64,000 nucleotides of DNA from the NCBI GenBank assembly GCA_017499595.2, contig CM039002.1:3286001-3350000 (forward strand), in the 5' to 3' direction. The notes beneath the pieces were generated by a model, which was not told the origin of the DNA, made no database searches, and saw only the letters and a program-made list of their open reading frames with translations. This document shows, in pieces, positions 48,379-60,112 of this stretch. Within the stretch, counting starts at the first letter, position 1. Each line of letters opens with the position of its first letter. This DNA comes from Psilocybe cubensis (taxonomy: Eukaryota). The translations under genes and the position numbers were made by a program.

Positions 48379-51300
48379 GTGCGGTCAAGTCTACCCCCAT
48401 CAAGTATTAGCCGTGCCTCGCTTGCAACTCCAAGTAGCAACATTACAGGATCACCTGAAACCAAAAAGCAAAAGCGACGTAGAAAGGGACACAAGAAACG
48501 CGCAGCTGCTTTAAGATCTAGAGAAGTAACAAAGCAGTGGAAAGATATAGTGAGCAAATCTAAACATTTGGACGGTATTCTGTCTGCCCTAGAAAATGCC
48601 AACTTGCGTGTATGGGATTTCATGGAATATGTGTTTAATCCTATACACAAAAAAGGTGTTATCCAATATCGACACTTCTTTTCCAAGCCTGAAAATCCCA
48701 TCATGCTTCTTGACTGGTGGCTATCACCCGATAACCAGTCTAAAATTGCCAAAAAGAAGATTGACGAATGGATTACAACCTATTGTGCCCGGAAAATAGC
48801 TCGAGAAGCCTTGGTCATTACTCGATCAAGAATTCTGTTGACGATGAACAAAACCATTGACCCCAATCTCGCAAATCAATTTAGCTATAACCAACTCTAC
48901 AATGTTTTTTGCACAGAACTTGCTCCAGTTGCCATGCAAATGTTGGAAGCATTTTTAACATCCCATCGTGCCAACACCCATACTATTGCAAGAAAAGAGC
49001 GCACCAAAAAGGCAACCAATACTCTTTATGCTAGTGCAAATTACTAATCCTTCTCTAACTAGATCATTACATCTATGGCGCTTACTTGTCTAGGGGAGTA
49101 TAGTCACTCCAACAATCTTCCAAAATGGATGCTGGGGCTATATCTGTATTCTTCTGGGGCTCAAAGGCAATGTATCAGTGTACTCTCATCACTAGGACTA
49201 TCGGAAAGTTACACAAATCTGACGACAAAAAATCTGGTCCGAATGAGAAAGCCCAAATTATCATTACAGACTGATAGCAATCCGTTTCTGGACCCTGACA
49301 CATCCAACAAGGTTGTAGTTGTCAAAAAGCGAACTGGAACTCTTTATCAGCTTTCTGAAAGCGCACGCTTATTGGCTCGTAAAATTGCTGCAACTGGTCT
49401 ATTTTCCACCAACTATGATAATGTGAATATGCGAATGCATAATACGGAACAAATAATTGGTCGACACGGTAAGTAAATGTATTTCCAGACATCTTTTGGG
49501 CGCTTAATCCACACACGTAGATTCACAAGAAAATGGAACATGTGCCACGTTAATACCACTCTTTGATGCCAAGATAGAAGATCTTAATCTTCAGAAGTTC
49601 CAGTTATCATTTTTGGAAGCACCAATCCTTCAGATTCAAGAAATTCTACTCAACAGTGACGAGCAAAAATCCTTAAAAGCTAATCTGGTTCATACCATCT
49701 TGCGTATTATCATTAATCATGGTAGTCCGGGATTTCAACGGTTTACAAAAGAGCTAGCAAAATCTCAACCGCAGACACCTGACATTATTCCACTGCATAA
49801 AACCAATCTTCATCCTCTTCCTACATGGCCCATTGATGAATCAACCATCACCGGAAATGCAGATGTTGTCACAGCCATTATGCAAGAGCTAGATTTAGTT
49901 GACAGCCAGGGAAAACCCAAAAATCCTGATGCTTCAAATCAGGTTCGCTTTTTAGGCGGTGACCAGCTATCTCTTGCACGCCTCCGAGCATTAGAATACA
50001 TCTGCGCTGGTCAAGAAAGTGGCTTGGAGGGCTATTTCTAGGGCGTTTGGATACCAGGTCTCTTTCACGCGAAAATTGCAGACTCACACGGCATGCTATT
50101 AAACCACTTTGGATGCCCGGATACTGGAGCACAAAATCCTGGCTCCTTATGGTTTCACAACACTCGCCTTGATAGGCTTCCTATAACCCTAACAAGCTTG
50201 CCAACCTTTCGAACATGCCGTGACTTAGTGTTTGTATCACTTTACTCTCGCGTGCTGCATTGCTTACTTCTAGTCTCAAATTATTCGTCACTAGACAAGT
50301 ATTGTGCCAATGTCACAACTTGGCAAGCTTTTTATCATCACGCTGAAATGATACTCGAGAAGTACGCCAACTCTCTAATAGTTGAAGAATTACGCGATCA
50401 GCGAAATGAAGAGATGGATATGTCGGACGAGGAAAACAAAAAACCTACCCAAGGTGATATGGTGTTTGAAAACGCATCACTGTTTCTACGTGATGCCTTG
50501 ATTACTCGTGAGTTTAATGACGTAATTAAATCTGGAGACTCGGGAAGAATTATCTTGGTTCTAAAAACCTGGGCACTTAGTTTCCGAGGAAGCGGCAGAA
50601 CAAAATATGCACATGAAATGCTTTACCTTATTCATAATCTAACTCACGTTTGGCCAAAAGCAATTCGGTACGTGAGCTTTTAGTGTGGTACAAATACTAT
50701 ATTCATTAAGAGTGTTTGTCAGTGATATTGTATTGAAGAATTGGGTACTCAATCCTTTGGGAGAGCCTAATCAATTTGTCGAGATGGATCTCGTTCAAGA
50801 ACACCTCAATTTTCGGATAAAGGTAAGCTCTTGTTCTCACAAAAAGAAACAGGCGACTCACTTCATATTCTAGGTTCTTTATAAAGCCAAGGGATCAAAT
50901 GCTTCATGGGAATGGCTTGAAATTATATCATCATGCGTTGTTGCACTATCCGACCTACAGAAGATGTTAAACGACACACTCGGATCAGACCAAGGTACCA
51001 AACATGCACCGCCCGACCTAACCAACGACATTCACAGTTTAATGGAAAGTCTTTCTGACCACAAGGTGTACACTATCAAAAAAGGAAGATCACTCAACGA
51101 CAATGAGATGGTAAAGGATGTCATTTCAGTGGGATTGCAAAATCTTACTACAGGCAGCAAGAACCCCCTTTCCGACTACAACAACTCCTTTAAAAAGCTT
51201 CAAAAACAACGAAAAATGAACCCAGTCTCTGCAGATGAAACAGACAATGAAAGGGACATACCTGCACATCCCACCTCCATCAAAAGTGAACCTCTGGATA

Positions 51301-51581
51301 TCCAGATTGTCCCAAATGCAGTCTCTACATCCTCTGTATATTCAAATCATGCTTCAGCTTCAGACAGTATGGGCGAGTCTAGCATGCAGGGTTTTGGAGA
51401 TGATATGGAAGTAGAAGAGTCAGCTGAGGAGGCGGACAACAGTGAAGAAGTGGAAGAAACCTTACCTTGTGCCACAGAAAGGGATGTGGACCTTGACATG
51501 GATCTTGAGGAAATAGAGGAGGAGTACAATGTTATTGAGGATTCAGAGGATTCAGAATTGGAGGGGGAAGGGGACAGGTAG
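48379..51581 (+). pseudogene. DUF6589-domain protein (possibly an Academ-like DDE transposase) with a premature stop
   Basis: YDNVN, NGTCAT, IDESTITGN, GGDQLSLARLR, PGLFHAK, IKSGDSGR, FRGSGRTKYAHEML, MDLVQEHLN. In-frame TAG at 50039-50041. Start uncertain. Confidence 0.75.
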
Positions 51582-52632
51582 TGGTCGCAATCGAGTACGA
51601 CGCAGGGTAGTTGGTAACATAGTTGTTCGAATTTCACTAAGTCCGACGTGACAAAGTGTGACTCTGCCAAAACCAAACCGTTTGGCCCAGCCGTTTCTGA
51701 CAAAACCGAGCGGAGCTCGAAATATGCTGAGTCAGAAACGACTGGTGTACGAGCCTAGTTGAACATAACTGTTTCCACGCCGGACAAAAATACTGACCAG
51801 TTAGCCTGGGTGTTGTCCTGACCAGTGACGTGACTAGTACCGTAACCAATTACATTAGTGTCACACATATGTTGTCATGCTAATTCATTATTAGTAGGCT
51901 CGACAGTAAATAACATATTACTTGATTGTTTAATATTTCTTCTTACTCCGCACTGAATTACAACGCAAGACAATCAAGTAATTTGCCACTTACTGTTGAG
52001 CCTACTAATAATGAGACCGTTGGATTGACTGGGAGGGAGGGCCAAATGGACCTGGACCTGGACCTGAACTTAGACCGCACGTGGGTCTGGGAAAATTGGT
52101 TAGATTTTCCCAGAGGTCCAAGGCAAGGTCCATTCCAGGTTTTATTTGGGTGTTACCTTCACCCATCCAGCGTCGTTGCCGTTCAACTTGCACCACAGAT
52201 GAGTATCTAGATGAGTCGAATTATTCAACAGCTTCCCCGATTTTTAAAAAATAAATTATCTCTGTATTCTGCCCTTATTTTCTTACTCTTCAATCTGACC
52301 TAAATCTGACACGAATTTGAGAGTAGTAATGGACATTATATGAAGATCTCTGCTATTACCTTCTTGTCTTCCAGCTAATTTATTAGAAATACATAATCTA
52401 TATGATAAAAACTATCACTTAGTTCCATAATGTTCAATAAGTCTCAATACTAAAATTATTCCGAGTTCAGGCTGAGTTTTGGCTGTGAAGAACATATCTA
52501 GTCCATTGGAGGTTTACACAAAGTCCATACATGGGCCACCATGGGATTTTACAGTAACGATGGCCTAAGGCCCAAAGCTAAGTCTGGGCCATGGTCCACA
52601 TTGGACCTGTGACCCAGTCAATCCGACTTTCT

Positions 52633-53430
52633 CACTGCGGGCTGCGATACATGTTTGATGTCAAACATGGACAATCAAACAGATATTATGTAGGGTGTAG
52701 ATGTTTGATGTCATGCACATATTGTGTTTGGCAACAAACAGGCTTCAAACAAAAATTGAGTTTGAACTCTGTGTGACATCAAACACCAAATATGTTGGAG
52801 CACTGTTTGTTAAAAAATATTAGCCTGACATAATTCCTGTTTGAATAGCTGTGTAATAAGGTTCTGTAAGAGATCAACCATATAATCCGTATCTTATCTA
52901 ACATGAATATCAAACATATTTTATGTAAGCATTCAAACAGAATATTTGTCCGAAATCAAACAGATTGCCAAACAGATATGTATGAACCAATCAGATGCGA
53001 GAAAAAATGGATGTTTGATAATTGTTTGATTTTGGAGAAATATTCTGGTTGAATGCTTACATAAAATATGTTTGATATTCATGTTAGATAAGATATGGAT
53101 TTTATGGTTGATCTCTTACAGAACCTTATCATACAGCTATTCAAACAGGAATTATGTCAGGCTAATATTTTTTAACAAACAGTGCTCCAACATATTTGCA
53201 AGGGGGTACGGAAATTAAGATGCCGAAACCAACGTCGTGTCCGATTTTTGAAGACCGGTACCCCCTTGCATATTTGGTGTTTGATGTCACACAGAGTTCA
53301 AACTCAATTTTTGTTTGAAGCCTGTTTGTTGCCAAACACAATATGTGCATGACATCAAACATCTACACCCTACATAATATCTGTTTGATTGACCATGTTT
53401 GACATCAAACATGTATCGGAGCCCGCAGTG
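52633..53430. mobile_element. CACTG...CAGTG foldback MITE (near-palindromic, 3-bp TSD TCT)
   Basis: About 330-bp inverted arms starting CACTGCGGGCT(G/C)CGATACATGTTTGATGTC. TCT at 52630-52632 and 53431-53433. Confidence 0.92.
53199..53268. mobile_element. 70-bp mini TIR element with 8-bp TSD
   Basis: TIR CAAGGGGGTAC / GTACCCCCTTG. TSD CATATTTG at 53191-53198 and 53269-53276. Absent from the mirror arm of the host MITE. Confidence 0.93.
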
Positions 53431-53877
53431 TCTGCTAATAATGAATTAGTGTGACAACATATGTGTGACAGTATGTAATCGGTCACGGTACTAGTCACGT
53501 CACTGGTCAGGACAACACCCAGGCTAACTGGTCAGCATTTTTGTCCGGCGTGTCTGCAGTGCATGTCCGAGTTTCACTGGGCACCAGTACCCATGGGTGG
53601 TACCAGTACTACAAACCCAAAATGGAAGGTGGGTACATGATGTTCCCAGGCCTTCTGCACGACTTCATGGGCATCGTTCCCCATCGTATAAACAGGGCCT
53701 GTTGTTACAGTGTGTTGCACGCACTGGTACACGGGATGCACACAGTGTGAGTGGCGCTACGTGTAGGCGGGTCCACTGACCCGGTGACTGTCTTTTCTAA
53801 ATGGAGTAGTCATCACAGTGTAATGGTTGGTACAGTTCATCGGGTCCGGTGGCAAAGCAAGACATACCGTGAATCTG

Positions 53878-53958
53878 CTCAGCGGATGGCGTGTTTACGC
53901 TCAGCGGACGGCGTGTTTACATTCAGCGGACGGCGTGTTTGCACTCAGCGGACGGCGT
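53878..53958. repeat. 22-bp tandem repeat (x3.7)
   Basis: CTCAGCGGACGGCGTGTTTACA variants. Confidence 0.85.
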
Positions 53959-54328
53959 TGTATCCTCGCCACAACATCCCATTATTACCTTCGGCAAGCA
54001 GTCCGATTCGCCCTGACGTCGGTATTGCGCACTTTCGCCAAAGTCCAGGGCGACCGCCATTTAATTGTCGTAGTATAGTTATAGACGTACGTTTGAAAGG
54101 AGTGTTGCTCTACATAGAATGGGAGAGTTGATTCAAATATGTGTGTCTCGGATGTGTGTGGGTTAGACGTACATTTGGTCTGCTCAGGGATGGCACAGAT
54201 ATTAGATAGATATCATATTGGAAGGGATGACATTAGTGCGGTGTAATTATAATCTTCAAATATATTCCTAGCTTCACTGTGTAGAGTCAAGCCACCTGAC
54301 GATCATTCAAGCTTCAAGCATTGGTTTT

Positions 54329-54388
54329 GAGCATTTTTATTCAGGGTGAGAAATACTAGAGCATTTTTATTCAGGGTGAGAAATACTA
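54329..54388. repeat. 30-bp perfect tandem duplication
   Basis: GAGCATTTTTATTCAGGGTGAGAAATACTA twice. Confidence 0.9.
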
Positions 54389-56175
54389 ATCATCATATAA
54401 GTGAGGATAAAAGAATGGTTCTGGAATGTTTGGGAGCGTTAGTGTTATGGTGTCATAATTATCTGGTCGTGGTGGGCGCTGCTGTGCTATGGATTTTGGT
54501 GAGGGTATTTTGAAACCTCTAAACAGAACTTCCACTTCCTTGACGATGGAGCGGGTCCTAGGTGGCGCTGTCATTGGAGGGGGGGCAACATTGGCACCAG
54601 CTCTAGTAGGAGGCGAGATGTTTGCAAAAATATCAGCAAGCTCGTCACCCACATCTGCCGCGTCCGACTTGCCGTGGATATTTGTGATTTCATTGTACGT
54701 GGCGTCCAGCTCGCCATAGAGACTGGCGATCTCGTTGTACGGGGCGCCCAGCTGATTGTAAAGATTGGCGACTTCATTGTACGGACTCAAATGAGGTTCT
54801 GGCAAGGTTTCTCCTGCTTCTTCATCACCCACATCCTCTGCATCCGGCTCGCCATCGGTACTTGGGATTTCATTGTACGTGGCGTCCAGCTCGACATAGA
54901 GACTGGCGATCTCGTTGTACGGGGCGTCCAGCTGATTGTAAAGATTGGCGACTTCATTGTACGGACTCAAATGAGGTTCTGGCAAGGTTTCTCCTGCTTC
55001 TTCATCACCCACATCCTCTGCATCCAGCTCGCCATCGGTACTTGGGATTTCATTGTATGGGGCGTCCAGCTCGCCATAGAGACTGGCGATTTCATTGTAC
55101 GGGTCGTCCAGCTGACCATAAAGACTGGAAATTTCATTGTACGGGCTTAAGTGAGGATCTGGCGAGGTTTCTTCTGCTTCTTCGTCGTTTGAGGGAGCAA
55201 CATTGTTATATAATGCCGCAACATTGTCATACAGAGACCCAGTCAAAGGTGTACATGTGTCAACGGACTCTTGATTGTGTAACCTTGGTCCTAATGTGGG
55301 CGACGTATTCTGTATCGGTGGAAATGGCCCTCTGTTTTTATCCGGAGATGGTGTATCTTCAGTTGAAACACTCCAGTCGCTGATCATGGTTGGCTTCCAT
55401 TCCTTTGGGCGATATCTTGCGGCGCAAGGGCCTAGTACATTCTGGTATTCGGTCAGATGTTGAATGGGTATTTTTGCCTTTCATTCACTCACTGGCATGT
55501 TTGTTAATGACGGTGTCTTTGGCGAGGGTGTCTTTGGCAAGGATGTCTTTGGCGAGGGTTTTGGCGAGGGTGCCATGGGCGAGGGTGTATTGTCCAATCG
55601 AAGCCTTTCTTGCTGCTGCATATTGTGTTGCTGTTGCTTGCGATGGTACTCAAGGCATTCCTCAATGCAGTTGTCATCGATGATATCCCCAGCTACTCCA
55701 CTTCTCTCTGTCCCTGTCCACCACAATTTCTTGTAGCTTGACACCGACTTCTTATGTGTAGTACTCGTAGGAGCATAGCGTAATTCTAGTATTTTGATGA
55801 ACGTTGCATTGAATGCCAATGGTAATGATTCTTCCGAGGTTACTGGCCCCAATGATTTGGCCAAATATTGAAGCACCGTCGGTACGTTGATCTCCTGTTG
55901 AATAGCATAACCGAATCCCACATAACTCATGAAATAGGACTGTTTGGGAGACTTCAAAATCGAGCTTCATTGACTATTAAACCATGCACCAGTTCCTTGC
56001 GAAGTAATCTTTGCATCCACCTCTGTGTTTCAGGCGGCTTATTCCATATGTGACAGATGGCATTACTTAACCGTGTATTGCCGTAAGATATTATTTCTTT
56101 TAGTTTTGAACTGAACGCGTTGAAATAAGAGCCAGATTGAAAAGGACTTGAATCATTGATTGACGGACTAGTCAT
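54386..56175 (-). pseudogene. Hypothetical acidic protein with 60-aa Tyr-periodic repeats; apparent frameshift near 55957
   Basis: ORFs 56175-55954 and 55957-55481 abut in different frames. An intron near 55490-55442 leads to the exon with three 180-bp repeats (PYNEIASLYGELDA). Confidence 0.5.
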
Positions 56176-56238
56176 TGTTCAGTTGAAAGCACAGACTATC
56201 TACGCATCAACAAATTTTACCCCGGAAATCTCGGCTAT

Positions 56239-59200
56239 CTATTTTGGGAAGTTCTTTTTATAGTTCGAATTGGTCATGCTGAACATTTGATCAGCACAGC
56301 GGGCGAGATGCTCCCACAGGTCACCTTGGCGATTGGCATAGGTGGCTCGCCCTTGCTGAATAGCATCACAGGCGACGTCTGCTCCTGAGAATACTGCTAT
56401 TGCACTATGGTGCCACCACTCCGCCTTGTGCATGAAATATCTGACTGTCCAGGTCATTTCATAGTGCAGTATAGTGGCCTCCTCCTTCCACCAATTGTAC
56501 TGCGCTCGTGCACGCAGCCAATGAACCCTTTTAACTAGGAATAGGAAATATGTTAGACCATTACTTCATGTGAGTGTTGCTATACGTACATTCAGTCAGG
56601 GTTTCAGGATCAGTCTCTTCAAGGTCAAAGTCGTCAGACAAATCTGCATCTGCCAGGCGAAGCTGTCCATCTTCGGCTATAACATTGGGCCCAAACCGGT
56701 GAACAGCATTATGCCAGATCCACGACAGTTTGATTCTGGTTGAGCCTGGTGTGTTGGGATCTAAAATCGCCGTACTTGTTTTGACGTCATCTTTTTTCAA
56801 TACCTGGAAACGCTTCAAAATGGAATTGTTGGCACCAAGCGCTATTAGTCGTGCCCGACATTCCGTATACAGCTGACTATAAAATGTGATTGTGTGGTTC
56901 ATTTCATCAATCTTTGCTCGCGCTCGTGTCCTCATTCCTTTCCTAGGTGCTTTGCGAATGACATCGGAGTATTGAAAAGACTTTTCGGCAATCATATTTC
57001 GAAGCTTGTATAAATGCGAGTTTGCCTGTGCTATTCAACATTTTAGTTCATGGGGAACGAGTCTTCTACTCGCATTCCCATGCGATGGCAGACATATTTT
57101 ATGGTTTTCAATAGCTTCGGCATATGGTGAGGTTGGCGAAGGTTCGGCGATTGATTCTTCGCCTGTTTGTTCGTCCGCCCAATCCAAGAGATCGACCCCA
57201 ACATCTGCTCGGGTCGGGTTTTCTTCAACGATGCCAGCAATTCCTTGTAGTCGCTCAAGCTCGCCTAAAAGTGCTCGTAGCTTGTCCCTCAAACCTTCTA
57301 TTTTGTTAGGGTCAGCATGTCTTGGTGATTTGGTCAATTGACGAACACAAATCCGTATTTCAATCCTGCCAGTAATGATATCAGCACTCATTTAGCATGA
57401 CTTGTAGGAATAACCTACTCTTTCTCTTCTACTATTAACGCGAATTGTAGATATGCCTGTATTGGATCATCCGAGGTCACTGTGTCGGACTTGTCTATCT
57501 CGCCAGAGACATCGCCTCGACCTTTTGCCGCATATATATCCATGACCTTGGGTGTGGCTAGGCGACGGGTTTCTGCGTCAACAATCTGACGAGTCCAAAC
57601 GTCTAATAGGTCAGGCGACACCACCTGTGAGACCTCGCTAAAATATTTTTCTGTAGAATTGCTGTTATCCACTGCTTCAATATACCGTCGGCAAAGAGTA
57701 TTTGGCATGTCCAATGCTTTCTTGTGGTTTGAATCCGTGGCATGGTTGTCAAGCATCTCGGCTCGATGTGCGAGAGTGGCAGTTCTTGCTGTTGGTGATA
57801 CTCCATTCATTTTCCCCCATAAATGCTCCAGGATTTCACCAATGACTCGGCCTACACCTGGAATAAACGAGGGCGAGAAGTGAAATAAACACTCATCTTT
57901 ATGAGCGTGGACGTGGAACAGTCCAATGGCACGATCCACGTCCATTCCCTCAGGCAGCAAATGGCCAATTCTAGTCTTAAGGTGGACAAAAAACTGACAC
58001 ATGACATCATACAGAAACATTAAACCTTGGCGAGAATCCACGCCGGTTGATTTCAATGCGGCGAGCAAGGCAAAATCGACATTTTTCTGCTGCTCGCCCT
58101 TGAACAAATCGACAAGAGAATTTGGTGCATAACACCCATGGCGAGCGCAGGCGACACCAACAACCCCTGTCACGTCGCATGATTTGGACGCCTGCATTGC
58201 ACCAGTTATTGCCCTAAATGTATTTTCACAAGGGGCACCCTTCGACAAAGTTGATAGTCAGTCTCTACCCCTTTGTTGATAACTAATGTGCGCACTGTTA
58301 ATTTTTCTATTGCTGTCTTCAGAAATGCATGATATTCCTCGCGTTTAGGGACCATGCCACTCCCTTCAGAAAGCCATACATCCTCAGATGGTTTTTTAGG
58401 TTGAACATGATCGGCTTTAAAGTTCCTATCTGCCATGAGGACTCGACGATAAACAAATTTGTTGGGGTCGTTTTCCCACCCGTTTGGTAGATTAATTCCA
58501 GGTTGAGGACATGCAGGGCAGTAATTGGCAAGTTCTCCTTTTTCAACTTCAGCCACCTTTTTTCCGTTGTGACCAGCATACCCAGCCCATTTAAGTTTTT
58601 TGGTCCATCGCCAAAGCCGCGTCATTCGTCGAAATTCATTATACAAGTCAACCACACCAGCCGGGTTCTGCGGATTGGTGACTCGACGAAGTAGATGATA
58701 AAATTGATATGCTGACGCATTCATTTCCAGGTTACAAAGCCAAAATTGATCAAGGACGTGTGCAGTAAATAGAGTTCTGATTCGCTTGAAACTGGTAGGC
58801 CATAGGTGAGTGGCTATTAGATCGGAAGGTATGTGGTCAGCCCCTTGACACGAGCAGACTACCAAGGGAATATTATGAATTCCATTGGTATGGATAACAC
58901 GTATAGTGCCCGAGGAACGAAAGGTTGCAGTTCCTACAGCACTCGGCAAGTAACGTTGGAATGGAGCATTGTATTCACCGTCTTCTTCAACTTCATTGTC
59001 ATCTTCATCGCCTACCTCGGCGTCGTCGCCAGGCTCTTCTAATTCCTCGGCATCAACGTGGTCCCTTAATCGGTCGAGATATTCAAAGAAATGTCGATCT
59101 TCTTCAGCTTCATTTCTGTTCTGGGCGGTAGGGGGATCTTTGTTTTGGATGGCTTCTACAGGTTCCGGCTCGCCCATTGTGGGATTAGTGATGGCATCCC

Positions 59201-59917
59201 TCGCCATATGTCGCCGAAGGTCTTGCTGCTCAGCAACGTCTTTCATGCATTCATTTTCCTCTATACATTCTTGCTGCAGCTTGAGATTATTGCATATTCG
59301 GATGCCAGTAAGATGTGGCACAAAAATTACCGCTCCAACATCACATAGTGCGGCTGACTGAAAATACTTTCCATTCCACCATTCTATTCTGTGAAAAGGA
59401 TCTTCCCGATGAGCATGCCGCATGCATTTCCTGCACATGGTACGTGTCAGGCTGCAGTCTTTACAGCGCCAAACTGCTAGAGATCCAGTTTGGCAGGCAG
59501 AACATGTAACTTTGTCAACAGGCCGAGCCTCTCTAGCAAGTAAGGCCCCTAGGAATTCATCTACTCGTTGAACAAACTGAAAGATATAATCCTTTTGCGT
59601 CTGTCATTGTTTGGTCAGTCGCATAATCCAATTCGGTGTATACCTGAACTAACCTTTTTCCTTGGACCTTCAACAACATTTTCGCCCTCGCCTCTGACAT
59701 CATTATCATAGTCCCAGGCATCTTCTAACCCAGCAGGAGTCCCATTAACCCTGTCCCTGCGATTGAAATGTGTTCTGGGGTCTTGAGCTGCTTCAACAAT
59801 TCGCTGGACATGTGTTTGACCTTGTTCGTCAACTGTTCTGCGTTTTTGAACAGTTACATATCTTGCAGCATCGACCTCGCCTTCAACAATACGTGTTTTC
59901 TTAGACCTTTTAGCCAT
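56239..59917 (-). CDS. KDZ (Kyakuja-Dileera-Zisupton) transposase with CxC2 cysteine cluster, multi-exon
   Basis: WRCKDC..MCRKCMRHAH..PFHRIEWWNG, HTNGIH..VCSC, CPACPQPGINLP, AD(R)NFK, ACARHGC..VDLFKGEQ, YDVMCQF, GLFHVHAHKDEC, GEILEHLW, RVHWLRARAQYNWWKEE. Confidence 0.93.
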
Positions 59918-60112
59918 TGTAGCAAGAGAGACTTTGTTTTCTCGTTTACAGTGTATAGATATTGCAATACAGGAGTCATGCGAATGGGTTTGATATTCTA
60001 GAGGTCCTGAATAAAGTTGACCCATTCTATTGCCTTGCTTGGAGATCACTGAAAAAATTGACATCCTACCTTTTCTGAAGAGAGTTGACCCGTTCCATTA
60101 CCTTGAACCACT

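Larger units (their letters stand above)
51776..53552. mobile_element. Non-autonomous CAC...GTG TIR element (~120-bp TIRs, 2-bp TSD TC)
   Basis: CACGCCGGACAAAAAT(A/G)CTGACCAGTTAGCCTGGGTGTTGTCC... at 51776 is the reverse complement of ~53433-53552. TC flanks both ends. Confidence 0.88.

Noticed and set aside
54640-55180. ITAM-like signalling motifs (YxxI/L pairs)
   Set aside because: Spacing between the YxxL halves is 3 residues rather than 6-8, and the context is fungal.
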